Source: Octopus vulgaris (taxonomy: Eukaryota). From it: a stretch of DNA of 64,000 nt. A program made the translations under genes and the position numbers. The stretch covers positions 620,001 through 684,000 of the forward strand of contig OX597837.1 of the NCBI GenBank assembly GCA_951406725.2, in the 5' to 3' direction. The notes under the pieces are model-generated. The model was not told the DNA's origin, did no database searches, and saw nothing but the letters and a program-made list of their open reading frames with translations. Shown piece by piece: positions 12,606 through 26,799 of this stretch (position 1 is its first letter; each line of letters opens with the position of its first letter).

Positions 12606-12935
12606 GCTTTTTTTTTTCAGTCATAGAGTTAGATTTATGAAGGTCTTCAGTAGAAAATCCTTCGAATTCTGACTCGCTGCTTGATATAATGAAATTCGTA
12701 TCCATTTTTTGTCAGAATCACAAATTTTGAAAACACAATAGGAACAAATTTCGGAAAAAAATCTCCCATAATTCACGGAATTAAAATTACACTTCGATTT
12801 TTGTACAAAACTGTATTTGAAGTGTTTACGAAGTATAATACGTGTTTTCACGAATGTACTAAAGAGATTTACTCTGATATTCTCATTTAAATATGAATAG
12901 GTAAATTCGGGCGGTTTGGTAACGAAAGGGTTTAT
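12606..12935 (-). mobile_element. Possible piggyBac-like terminus / MITE end
   Basis: Minus strand begins AAACCCTTTCGTTACC (TTAA-CCC-like) and has acidic SSSESEFEGFSTEDL. No second end found. Confidence 0.3.
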
Positions 12936-13834
12936 ATAAGTGTCGTCTGTTTATACATAAACACCGTTTCATAGTTTCAGTTTAGTCTTCCTCAAATCAC
13001 TGTCGCTAATTTACTCTCTTCCAAGAACATTTTCACTCACTGTTATCTGTTAGCTTCCCATACATTTTACTCATGTATCTATCAGCGTGATAGACAGAAA
13101 CAAATATTACATTTACTTTCATTTTATTCGTTGCACACTGTGCGTTTGCGTGTGGTGTAAACCAGACTAAGAAAAGCATTTGACACACACACCAGAATGT
13201 GAGTTTTCTGTAAATTTTGCTTAATTGGAGCTTAAATTTTAAAAACTGGACCTGGCATGACGCGATGCATTGTACTCTTAAAACTGCTAGGTAAATTGTA
13301 ATTGAAGAAATCCTATATTGTAGATTTGTATAACTCCCAAAGGGAGGCAGATAAAATCTGCCTTTTATAATAAGATATATATATATATATATATATATAT
13401 GCATATATATATATCTATCTATATATAGATATATATAATATATATAATATATATATATATATATAATATATAATATATATATATAATATATAATATATAT
13501 ATATAATATATAATATATATATATAATATATATATAATATATATATATATAATATATATAATATATATATAATACACACAAAAACAAAAAAAACTCCACC
13601 ACTTCCTCAACCCTTCACCTCCTTCCCCTCCCCTCTCCTGCACATCCTCCACATCCTCCCCTCCAGCTCCCCCGACTCTCTCCACCCCTCCCCTTCCCCC
13701 TCCACGGACCAACACCCCCCCACCCTGACCTTTCTACGCCTACCCCATCTTCACCGAACCACCCCAACTCTCCTCCCCACACCTCTGCACCCCCTCTTCC
13801 TGACCCCACTCATCCCACCACCCCGCTTCCTCGC

Positions 13835-16009
13835 ACTGTTGTCACTATACGCCCCAATCTCCCCCTCTCCACTGCTGAGCGCTCTCTCCTCAGTAAGGGA
13901 CTCCGCTTCACGCCTCTCACGCGCCACTGTGACGAATTCGAGACTCGGACGGACGTCAACCAGTTACTGCGCCGCCTCAAACTTTGCGCCTTCTTCCACG
14001 CGTCTCCGCAGCGTCACGACAATCAGGATTGCTTTTTAGAGCTGGGGCGCCGCCCATCCAACTTGGACGCCGCCCCCGGGCCAATTCAGTAGCCTAGATT
14101 CGTTTGTGAACGACTGCAACGCATTGGTAAACCGGTTTAACTTTAAAAAAAGACCTCTTTGAGACAACCTCACACAGGCTGAATTGGGTGCCCTTCGCCA
14201 CCTCCGTCGCCGCAATGACATTGTCATCAAACCGGCGGACAAAGGCGGAGCAGTGGTGGTGTGGTGCGCGGATCTCTACAGGGAGGAAGCGCTCAGCCAG
14301 CTTCAAAATCTCCTCTTCTATCGCCTCCTCCCCTCTGATCCCACCTCTTCCTACCAACAGCGAGTGTCGTCCACCATCTGCGAACTCATCTCCTCTTCTG
14401 CTCTCCCCCCACCGCCACCAACCTCATCATCCGTACACCCCGCACCTCCATCATCTATTTCCTTTCCAAAATTCATAAGCCCAATAACCCTGGCCGCCCC
14501 ATCGTTTCCGCCAGTAATTGCCCAACTGAACACATTTCCCTATACCTTGACCGCATCCTGTCCCCCTTAGTCAAAGCCCTCCCTTCCCAACCACGCCCTC
14601 CGTCTCTTCAATTCCTTTTCCTTCCCTTCCAGCCCCTCACACCTCCTCTTCACCCTTGACATCAAATCCCTGTATACGGTAATTCCCCACAACGACGGTC
14701 TCCTAGCTCTCCAACACTTCCTCGACCGTCGTCCCGACCCCACCCCTGGTACCCCCACCGTTCTCCGCCTGGCAGAACTCGTCCTAACCCTCAACTGTTT
14801 CACGTTCGCCGGGGAAACGTACCAATAGTTGTCTGGGATCGCGATGGGAACGAGAATGGGCCCCAATTTCGCCAATCTCTTTGTTGGCTACATTGAGGCC
14901 CAAGTATTCTCCCAATTCTCCGGGCCGACCCCAGAACTATACGGTCGTTACATAGACGACTGTATAGGCGCCACCTCCCTTTCCCGCGAACAACTCTGCC
15001 ACTTCATCTCTTTCCTCTCTAACTTCCACCCCTCTCTACAATTCACTCCCACCATATCCAATACTTCCGTTAACTTCCTTGATATCTCACTCAGCATCGA
15101 CCACCCCTCCCACTCTCTCACCACCTCCGCCTTCTTCAAACCCACGGATTCCCACCTCTATCTCAACTTCTCCTCCCATCCCTTCTACACCAAACAGGCC
15201 ATCCCCTACTCCCAGTTCCTCCGCCTCCGACGCTTGTGCAGCCGCGACCAGGATTTCGAGACCCAGTCTCAATACCTAGCCCGCCTGTTCAGACTTCGAG
15301 GATACCCACCTACCCTGGTCTTGAACGCCCTCGCCCGCGCTCGTCGCATCGACCGCACCACCGCCCTTTTCCTTCCACTCACCCCCCCCCCCCAACCGCA
15401 CCCCCTTTCCTCTCCTTTTCCACCCCTCTACTCTACCCCTTCGTCGGAAGATACCTCGTGCCTTCCGTCGTCTCCAGCTCGATTCCACGACCCACCCCAT
15501 TTTCCCCAACCCACCCCTGTCCTCCTTCAAATGAGCCCGGAATCTACGCGACCTCCTGGTCCGTAGCACCCTCCCTTCTTCCCCCTCGGCCCCACTCGGA
15601 TCCTTCCCGTGCTCCAGATCCCGCTGCAACACCTGCCCCTTAATCACCAACACCACTGCTGTCACCTGTTCCAACCAGCGAACTGTACGTATCAGACATT
15701 CTTTTACGTGCACCTCGTCTGGACTCGTATACTGCATTAAATGCAACCTCTGCGGAATGCTGTATATAGGACAGACGGGACGCCGGTTGTCAGACCGATT
15801 CGCCGAACATGAGGGATGTTCGTCTACGGTCCAATTCTCCCGTCTCACGTCACTTCCGCTCGGCCAGCCATTCCCCCGATGACATCTCGGTGTTTGGTCT
15901 TGCCCCACACAACGGCTCTCCACAATCTAGGCTTCACTTGGAGCAAAGGCTCATATTCCTTCTACAGACTCTAACCCCACACGGACTCAACACAGCCCCC
16001 TCCTCTTAG
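13835..16009 (+). pseudogene. Penelope-like RT + GIY-YIG endonuclease ORF, frameshifted
   Basis: LLSKGLRFTP, IVIKPADKGGAVVVW, TLDIKSLYTVIP, GIAMGTRMGPNFANLF, RYIDD, FLDI, IPYSQFLRLRRLCS; Cys linker CSRSRCNTCP; VYCIKCNLCGMLYIGQTGRRLSDRFAEH; EQRLIFLLQTLTPHGLN. Premature stop near 14827 and several frameshifts. Confidence 0.92.
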
Positions 16010-16109
16010 TGACTGCGCTCCACTTCTCCCCACTAGAATCTTTTATTTTTTATTTATTTTTTTAAAATATTTTTTATTTTTTTAATTTTTTATAATTGTC
16101 CTTATGCAG

Positions 16110-18785
16110 TCACACACACACACATACTCACGTACCCACGAACACACCTACTCCCAACACACCACACACACACAACGTACATGCACATGTACGCATACAT
16201 ACTTCCACACCTATACACACACCCACACACTCACACACCCCCACGCGCACACACAGACATGCCCGTGCACACACACCAGGGACAATACTCATACAGATAG
16301 CACACTCCTATAAACACCTAGCTGAGACGCACAGATACACGCATGTAAGCGCACACACGCACGCAAGCACGCGCATGTACCTTACGCCCACACAACTCCA
16401 ACCCCCCCTACACGCATACATTCACACACACACATACGTACACACACATAATACATACATAGATACATTCATACATACATACATACACACACACACGCAT
16501 ACATACATACATACACACACACATACATACATACACACATACATACATACACACATACATACACACACATACACATATGCACACATACATACATACACAC
16601 ATACATACATACATACATACACACACATACATATACATACACACACATACCCATACACACACGCACACACACATACATACATACACATATATACACACAC
16701 ATACATACATACATACATACAAACATATACACATACATACATACACACACACATACAAACATACATACACACACATACATACATATACACATACACATTC
16801 ATACATACATACACACACACACACACACATATACATACATACATACACACACACACACATACACATACATACACACATACACACATACATACATACATAG
16901 ATACATACATACACACACATACATATACATACATACACACACATACATATACATACATACGTACACACACGCACATACACACATACACACATGCATACAT
17001 ACATATATACACATACATACACACACATACACACATACATACGCACATACATACATACACACACACACTTACATACATACTTACATACATACATACACAC
17101 ACATACATACACACACACATACACACATACATACACACACACACATAATACACATACATACATACACACATACTTACATACACACACGCATACATATACA
17201 TACATACACACACACACATACACACATACATACGTACACACACGCATACATACACACATACATACATAGACACATATATACATACATACAGTCACACACA
17301 TGCACATATACACGCATGCACACATACATGCATACACATACATACATACAAACACACACATACATACTATACACACATACATACATACATACACACACAT
17401 ACATACACACATACATACATACATACACATACATACACATACACACATACATATATACACGCACATACATACATATATACACACATACATACACACATAC
17501 ATACATACATAGATACATACATGCACAAACATACATATACATACACACACACATACACACACACGCACGCACACATTCATACATACACACACACGTACAT
17601 ACATACGTATATACACAGACACACATATATACACACATACACGCATGCATAAATACATACACACATACATACATACATACATACATACACACACATACAT
17701 ACACACACACATACATACATACATACATACACACACACATACACACTTACATACATACACACATATACACACATACATATACATACACATACACACACAT
17801 ACACACATACATACATACATAGATACATACATACGCACATACATATACATACATGCATACACACACACATGCACACATACACGCAGGCACACATACATAC
17901 ACACACATACATACACACGCATATACACACACACACATACACACATACATACATACACACACGCATACATATACCCACATACATACTCACATACACACGT
18001 ACAAACACACACACACATACGTACACACATACATACATAGATACATACATATACTTACATACATACACATACACGCATGCACACATACATACATACACAT
18101 ACATACACACACACATACACGCACACACTTACACACATACACACATACATAAATACATACACACATATAAACATATAAACACACATATAAGCCTCTACAT
18201 TGTACACACTCACACATATATACATACATTCACTCGCACGCACGTACACACACACGCACACACACACACATTTACATCTATATACTATACACGCACACAC
18301 ACATACACACGTACAAACACACACAAACTCACATACACAATATACACCAGCCGCATACATACACATAAACACATACAAACGCACACATACACGCACACAC
18401 ATACACGTACATACATACACACTCACACAAATGAACCCACACATACATCCCTACACACACGCAAATACAAGCACACGCGCATACATACACTAGGTTAAGC
18501 ACAGTTACTCGCCACACACCCAAACTCTACGCATACAAACACGAACACACACATGCACACACACACACTACAAACAACACATACACATGATACATTTACT
18601 TACACGCACACACATATACCCCTTTGTTTTTTGACCTGGTTTTGACCTCGCTGGATACAAAATAGTGCCACTCCTTTATGACAGCTAGCTTGCCATGCCT
18701 ATTATTCACCATACATACACACACACACATGCACACGCACGCACAAACACACTTGCACACACACACACACACACCCACACACATT
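16110..18785. repeat. ~2.7-kb degenerate (CA)/(CATA) microsatellite tract
   Basis: Direct reading; source of the His/Thr/Tyr/Ile and Cys/Val/Met ORFs. Confidence 0.95.
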
Positions 18786-18929
18786 CCTTGTCTATGAAAC
18801 TCTTGTTTTTAAAAATCATGATTCGTCTACCTTTCAACTTCTGTTCTTTCAACATGTGATCTCTTGAGCACCACCAGTAAAAAAATTTTTTTCCTCTGTC
18901 TTCCCTTCTCGGGATCTTTCCTTCTCCTT

Positions 18930-18964
18930 GTTTCCGACGAAGAGCTCCGCTCGAAACGTTAAAC
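18930..18964 (+). ncRNA. Minimal type I hammerhead (extra A after core), CCGACGA core
   Basis: GTTT-CCGACGA(18934-18940)-A-GAGC tcc GCTC-GAAAC GTT^AAAC. Palindromic AACGTT at stem III implies dimer cleavage. Confidence 0.75.
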
Positions 18965-19658
18965 CCTCCTTCCCTTCTTTCCTGAGCGTCAAATAATACT
19001 TTAATTGTTCCACGTCCTCGCGTTGCTGTGTTTTTCTCTGTTTTTTTCTGTGTTTTCTTGTTTGGATTAACCATATATATATGTCTGAATGCATGTCTAT
19101 ATGTATATTATAGGAACAGTTTAGCCTCATCACAGTGAAATGACCATAACGTCATGTGATGTTACTGCGTTAAGTATTAGGCAGGAAAGGATCACGAGGA
19201 AATTGTTACTGATAATAATCGTCATTACTCTTTTTAAAAATTGTTTCGCAGTTAACTTCATGATTATTTTCGGATTTTTCATTTATGATCGATCTCTGTG
19301 TGCTGGGATTGGGGTTGTATTTTGCAATTAATTAAGCATCCATGTATAGTTTATAATTAAGTTTTGCGGGTTTCTCAACACAAATATACACGCATGTATG
19401 AACAGCTCTCGTACATACAGTGCTCACGCACGGTATATGCATACACGGAACAATAAACACATTTGCATCAAGCGCACACACACATTCACGCAAACATCTA
19501 TATATGTATCTGCATGCATGTGTGCATACACACACACACATAAAAATACATGTGTGCGTGTGTATATATATATATATGTATATGTGGGTGCATATATATT
19601 TCTATAAATATATATACTCACACATATTTCAAATATATACATATATATGCATATACAT

Positions 19659-19689
<31 letters not shown>

Positions 19690-19711
19690 CACACGCACGC
19701 ACACACACACG

Positions 19712-19742
<31 letters not shown>

Positions 19743-20024
19743 GTTTAAACATACATAATTGTACACATTGACGGATGACTATAATGAGGAGGGGGAGAGA
19801 GACTTGAATGATGATGCGGTGTGGAGGAGAGGGAGAAGGAAAAAGGAGGATGAAGCTAATAAACGTATATAAGGGAGCAGGAAGGCGATGGCGGAGAAGC
19901 CATTAACTCATTTGAGGGAATTGATTGAGTTTAATCCGCAGAAAATATCCCTGGATTAAGAGTTTTAATATTAGTGGTTAAATGAAAATAGAAAATAGGG
20001 GGAACTGGGTGAAGAGAATAAAGA

Positions 20025-20068
<44 letters not shown>

Positions 20069-20738
20069 TGTATGCACCCCATCCATGTATGTGTGTGTGT
20101 CTTCTTGCTTGAAGGACGTAGTGGCGTGAAACCACGATATAAATATTTAGTTTCAATAACCAATGTATTTGCATACATGTATACATACATATCTATTATG
20201 TATATAAATGTATATATACAAACATGTGTGTATGTACACATATTTAGAAAGGCATGTATGTATATAAATAAATGTATATACATATCTATATATAAATGTA
20301 TATATATATATATATACATATATACGTATGTATATAGATGTGTATATATACACATATATGTAGAAACGCGTATGTATATATATATATAAATGAATATATA
20401 TATATAATATGTATATTATGTGTTCATGCATATATTTTGTGGAGAATGTGATAGAAACTAATCCAGATACACCGTCTTCGTTCACTGAATAATGGGAAGA
20501 TAATTTCAATAAATCACGCAGAAAAGAGATTTTGTGAAATAATAATTTTGTGATAAGGGAAAATAATGAATGAGTGTGTGTGCGTAGAGGAAGAGAAGAA
20601 GAGAGGGTGAGAGATATAATTAAATGAAATATATTCATAGAATTAGAATTGTTGAGAGAGAGAGAGAGAGAGAGAGAACGATAATGAGAGAGCGATAAAG
20701 AGATAGGCAAACAGGTTCATAGATTGGTAGACAGAAAA

Positions 20739-20776
<38 letters not shown>

Positions 20777-21609
20777 TTAAAGAAGCGGAAATTGAGAATG
20801 GGACAAAGAAAAGTCCCAAGAGAAAGACTTACGTTATTGTTTTGGTGTCGCTGCTCTCCCGCGTGGATTTTGTGTTGCTATTAGCCCAAGGTTACCCAAT
20901 GCTATTTCGATGAGATTTATCTGCTGTTTCTAGCAGGTTTATCGACCTTCAAGGGGCTCTTTTGCATTGTTATTGACTGCTAACTTTAGCAGATCGCGTT
21001 ACTGCCAAGAGGATATAGCATGTTTAAATGAACTTCCTCGCGATCCCACTACAGCACTCACATAACATTTTTGCTCTCTTTTTATCGACAAACCTATTTC
21101 CATGCAACTTACCTTCCTCTTTACCCTCTCTCCCCTTCTTCTTCTTTCCCATACCCCCTTCTGCAGCTACCTTCCTCCAACCTGCCCATCTCTCTTTCTC
21201 CCCCTCTCACCCCTCTCTTTTTTGTCTCCCTCTCTCACGCCTTCCCGGTGTGATCAAATGTCTCCATAGACTTGGGTCAGCCCAGAACTTGTCAATAGAA
21301 CTGGGTTGGCAGAAAATAGGCCGAAGCCTGCCCAGTGGGCTGTGTTTCCCATTCCAGGACCAGCCTTGTCACCCGCTAAAGTCACGAGAATTCTGCATAA
21401 GAATTACATTAATGGTACACACGTCTGAGGAATACTCATCCACTTCCATGTTAATTTAAGGTCTTGCTAATTCAGAGCCCCAAAGTTCACATCTTCGGGA
21501 TCTGAGATGGATGGAAAACTGACTCGTTGGCCTCAAAGCCTTAGTATTTTATGGCCAAAATCTGCTAAGAATGATATCAGGCTGGATTTCAGCTTTCAGG
21601 TCACCCTGC

Positions 21610-22145
21610 CACCACACCACTGCTGTCACCGCCTACGCCGCCACCTCCACCACTGCCGCCGCCACCACCATCTCCACCACCTCCTCCACCGTTGTCTCCA
21701 CCACCTCCTCCACCGTTGTCTCCACCACTGTTGTCTCCACCACCGCCTCCACCGTTGCCTCCACCAGTGACTCCACCACCACCCCAGTGCCGCCGCCACC
21801 ACTTCCCCCGCCTCCTCCACCACCACCACTACCACCACCACCACAACCGTCACCTCTATCACTACCTCCACCACCATCTGTCACCGTCACTTCTACCACC
21901 ACGACCACTATGACCGTCACCACCACCTCCACCATTTTCCATCACCACAAGAATAACACCAAAACAACTACTACCAATGCCACCGCCGCCAAAAACACCA
22001 TGGGCTACAAAGGAACTACCCAAATATCTCCTCCACCCGCAACCACTCCAAACTCCGCCATCATCATCACCATACCCACCGACAATCCCTCTATTGCTGC
22101 TACCTCAACTTTCAATATCACCACCACCACCACCCCCACTCCCAT
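21610..22145. repeat. Degenerate (CAC)n low-complexity tract
   Basis: CCACCA-rich repeats produce Thr/Pro/His ORFs in several frames. Confidence 0.8.
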
Positions 22146-23513
22146 CAGCAGGGGTCCAATCTAAACAACACCTCTGATTTATCGATTAGCATTGATTGCC
22201 AAGATTATTACTCCGGTCACTCAATTTGCAATGTTTCACAGATAGGTAATGACAAATCGATAAAACAGAATATTGGTTTTGGAATCTGGTTATAAGTTTC
22301 GGTTCGATTATTTTTGACATTTTCTTGTCTTGGACAAAAAAATAAGATTTAAGAAATTATATCAAATTTCTGCGAATTTCCATAATTTTCAATCTTAGAA
22401 TTCTACACGGTGGCTACAACGTGGTGACTGCACGTTGGCACTGTATGGAGCTAAGGAGTCTGTTTTTCAATCCCAAAATGTTGGGCTTGATCCCTCTTTG
22501 TGACATCATATACTTTATCATAACATCAGGTTGGCTCAAGAAACTACCATCATCACCACATGTGTCTGTGGAGCACTCAGCCACTTACATGTTAATACAA
22601 GTAGCTGAAGTGACTGAATGACTGAAATTGTCATCGTCGACGCCGACGGATGTTCTATCACGTGGTTAGAAGAGCTGCTAAAAATAGCAGTCAAATTCAC
22701 CAGTCGGCTATTAAATAGAAAAATACATTGGGTAATGTGGTCCAAGATACACTTTAACTACATCCTTTCAGCTCAAAGAATATAGTGTATGGAGTGACCA
22801 ATACTAGACCAATGTTTATGATGGTCAGCTTGATTTCAGAGGTTCGTTTCTCTATATTATGGCTCTGGATTCTATCCCACGATTAGGTACTTTGCATTCG
22901 AAGCATATATTTATAGAAATGTATATCTATATAGGTGTGTCTGTCTTTCTCTTTCTCTCTCTGCAAATGGGAAGATATTTGTCTGCACCTCGGTGTTGGT
23001 TTGTTTATGTACTCGTGGTGTGCTGAAGATGGACCATAGGAAACAAAATAGACTTTGAATTAATTCTGTGGGCCATTTACTCGGGCTACCCTTACACGGT
23101 AGTGCTCAAGCATGGCCGCATTCCGTTGTCTTTAAGCAGTAAATAAATAAATAATCTCAACGGTGTTCGATGAAGAATTTATGATAAATAAACTAGTTCG
23201 GCGCTGCCATGAAACAGAGTTTAGGGACTCAAACTATATTACAGAAAGCAGATGTTTTGTGTAATGAACCAATATCAAGATGATCCAAACGATATGTTTC
23301 TGCTGGTCGCCGGTAGAACCAGCGCCACGAGACGATTTTATAGAATAAAATCGAGAATTATATTGGCATTGGCACCAAAATAGCTGTGACAGGATGTAGT
23401 TTGATGAAGTCAGAAAGAACAGGAGACGAGAAAGTGAAACAAGAGAGTTAAGTAGAAAATATATATATATATAGTGTATGTATACAATATATATATAGTG
23501 TGTGTGTGTGTAT

Positions 23514-23555
<42 letters not shown>

Positions 23556-23653
23556 CAAATGCGTATTTATACATCAATTACATACATAATTTTCATCAAT
23601 TCTACTCCATTCTCATACGTATAAACATACTTACATACACACAAGCACATATA

Positions 23654-23749
<96 letters not shown>

Positions 23750-23751
<2 letters not shown>

Positions 23752-24923
23752 AGCAAATTTATTTTAATATGGATAAGGACCGCCTTTGGCAGTAATTACA
23801 GCTTGAATTGTACGAAACGTTTGTTTCCAAAGTAATTTTTGCCCATTCTTCAGCTAAAACAGTCTCCAGTTCCTGTAGTGATGATGGTGGAGGATATCGA
23901 CTCGTTACTTGCACCATAAATGTTCAATAATATAGAGGTCTGGGTACTGTGGTGGCCACTAGAATGTTCCTCGTGCCATTCAGTAACAACTTTAGCTGTC
24001 TGAATTGGTGCATTATCATCCTGAAAGATGAAGTTTCCCTCCGGAAACAGTTCCGCAACCTTAGGATGAATTTGATCAGACAAAATGCTTAAGTATTATT
24101 AATTCTGCCATGAAGAAAATCCATTGGGCCGGCGGATTCCCAAGATATAGCCTTCCCCCCACCTACAGATAATTACAGAACCTCCTCTATGTTTAACATT
24201 TGGAAGATGGCAGTCTGGGTTAAATGCTTGTCTTGGCTGTCTCCACACGTATACTCGGCCGGTGGTCAGAAATGAGGTAAAGGATGACACGTCTGAGAAA
24301 ATAACATTCTTCCACTGATGTAGGGACTAATTCTGTAGGCTTTTACTCCATACTAAACACTTTGAAACGTTTGATTTTGAAAGTAGTGGTTTTCTGATTG
24401 CAGCCCTCCCATGAAATGCGGCCTTGTGCAGTTCCCGGCGAACAGTTTTTGTGAAAACTGGGTTTTCGAGGTGGTCATTAAGCTCTGCAGTAATTTTGGG
24501 AGCTGTACTTTTGTGATCCTTTTTAACAATTCGCGTACGAATCCGACGACACCTATCTGAAAGTTTTGAGTTCCATCCGGAGTTTTGTTTCGACGAGGAG
24601 GTTTTTTCCCTCTTCCTCAAAGGTTATCATTACTTTCGAGTCAGTACTTCTTGTTACACGACACATTTCAGCTGTTTTCATTACGCTAGCGCCTGCCATC
24701 CGAGTACCAACAATTTGATCTCTTTGAAAGTCCGATAGATCTGTCATTTCAATGAATTTTAATTACCTTTTTCTAATGGCATCTGAAAAGAAACAGCAAT
24801 TTTAGCAAAACATTAAGAAACAATAATAATAAATAAGCATAAAAATAAACACGCTTTTGACGGTTTTATAGATATTTCAAAATTATGATGCTAGGTGTTT
24901 CCATTATTTTGTCCAACTTCTGT
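23750..24923 (-). mobile_element. Tc1-like transposon, degenerate
   Basis: TA^CAGAAGTTGGACAAAATAATGGAAACACC terminus; MTDLSDFQRDQIVG, RRELHKAAFHGRAAIRKPLLS, VKHRGGSV, FQDDNAPI, WPPQYPDLYIIEHLW. Confidence 0.88.
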
Positions 24924-24932
24924 ATATATATA

Positions 24933-25779
24933 AATTTAAATTGAGGGTGAAAAATTAGATATTAATTTAATTAACATCAATTTCACACAGTGGTGCAGCA
25001 TACAAAAATACTGAAGGTTCAGTAAAATTGTATTATATACATATTAGAGGGAAACCACTATGTGAACATCCATATGCTAGAAATAGATCCGCTATGGTCT
25101 TACCACTAAGAAATGTTCTCAAGAAAAAATTAGCAAAACAACCAAAATGTAATCGAGCAAGACAAAAGAAAAAGCAATAAAAATATGGATTATTCACATA
25201 CATGTTTCACTATTAACATATTACTTTATTTTACTTACGTAAATGTCCGTAGATCATCGGTGTGATCGTCCAGATGAATATAATTTGCAGGACTGCATAC
25301 TTTGACGTCCGCACAAAGTCAGACATGTAAACAGTTCTACTCATAACACTCGTGGTTACTATTTCAAATGTCCTCGTTTTGGCGCGCTAAATTACCGGAA
25401 AAAATGATGCTGCAGAAAATACTTTACTGCAGTGGCCTTTGCCGGTTAGAGAACGTATTAATTTAATTTTAAAATGAGGGTGAGAAATTAGATATTGATT
25501 TAATACATCGATTTCCCTCTAATATGTATATAATACAAATTTACTGAGCCTTCAGTCTTTTTATATGCTGGACCACTGGTGTGAAATCGATGTTAATTAA
25601 ATCAATATCTAATTTCTCACCCTCATTTTAAATTAATACGTTCTCTAACCGGCAAAGGCCACTGCAGTAACGTATTTTCTGCAGCATCATTTTTTCCGGT
25701 AATTTAACGCGCCAAAACGAGGACATTTGAAATAGTAACCACGAGTGTAATGGGTAGAACTGTTTACAGATCTGACTTT
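24933..25779 (-). mobile_element. Non-coding retrozyme/Penelope-type element: ~533-nt unit with terminal redundancy plus inverted partial copy
   Basis: Direct repeat TGAGGGTGA.AAATTAGATATT at 24942 and 25475. 25513-25779 is the reverse complement of ~25314-25516 plus ~24985-25055. Internal hammerhead. Confidence 0.7.
25194..25265 (-). ncRNA. Type I hammerhead, CCGAUGA core
   Basis: TCACA-CCGATGA(25260-25254)-t CTA..GACAT...ATGTT..TAG t-GAAAC AT GTA^TGTGA. Perfect 5-bp stem I, palindromic ACATGT. Confidence 0.7.
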
Positions 25780-26401
25780 CTGATGGTGTTTATTTCGATT
25801 GATAAAGTTTTGTTTGAGCCGAGATATGCGCATCTGAATTTAAAGGTAGAACCGCAAGAACTTTCTTGACAACCTAATATATACATGTGTGTGTGTGCAT
25901 TATATATATGTGTACCCACACATGTATATACATATAAAACATACGTATGCGCACACACATGCCTATAAGTATATATACATACATAATACATACATACGTA
26001 CATAAATATGTGTGTGTGTTTATGTATATATGTATGTATCATCGCTCACTTCAAAAGATTGTCTACCGTTCTTTACCGCGTTTTTCCCGGTTGACCAACG
26101 ACAATAACGAAGATAGGAGGAGATAACCACCATAATTTGACCACCAGCACACATAAGGGGTCCAATAATGACCGCCATACCACCATATATCACTAATTTG
26201 ATTGTTTACATAAAATATTAGATTACGCTTATGGCGGCGACTGGTAACTCATTAGTCTGCAAACAAACCCAATCGAAATTTTATTTACATCGGCCTTCTC
26301 TACACCGCCATTACAGCTCGTTACTCTTATACCCATACGCTTGCTTGCACGCGTGGAATAATACATACATACATACATACATACATACATACATACATAC
26401 A

Positions 26402-26435
<34 letters not shown>

Positions 26436-26478
26436 CATACATACATACATACATACACAGACACACACACACACACAC

Positions 26479-26528
<50 letters not shown>

Positions 26529-26736
26529 ACCGATTCGCACACATGTGTGAAGTGGATGTTCTTATGGACATTTTTATCAGCAATCTCGTGTTTGGGTATA
26601 CACAGATATATTTGCAGGCTGACACAAAAACATAAATAAATACATATGTCTTCTTTTTTATTTGTAATATTGTAACAAAGTGGTGTGCATGCAATATGCG
26701 TATGTTATACATATCTAGCTATCTGTCTATCTACCG

Positions 26737-26799
<63 letters not shown>

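Larger units (their letters stand above)
13575..19072 (+). mobile_element. Penelope-like retroelement (Neptune-type) with hammerhead-bearing 3' pseudo-LTR
   Basis: RT plus GIY-YIG ORF at 13835-16009, low-complexity 3' region, hammerhead at 18930-18964, both ends in (TA)n. Linking the ORF and the hammerhead segment into one element is inference. Confidence 0.7.

Noticed and set aside
16096-18523. Long ORFs up to 540 aa (and similar at 28673-29886, 31316-32818, 61513-63053)
   Set aside because: Translations of CA/TA/TG microsatellites, open in many frames on both strands.
21571-22164. 197-aa Thr/Pro-rich mucin-like ORF
   Set aside because: Degenerate CAC repeat open in several frames; no splice or domain evidence.
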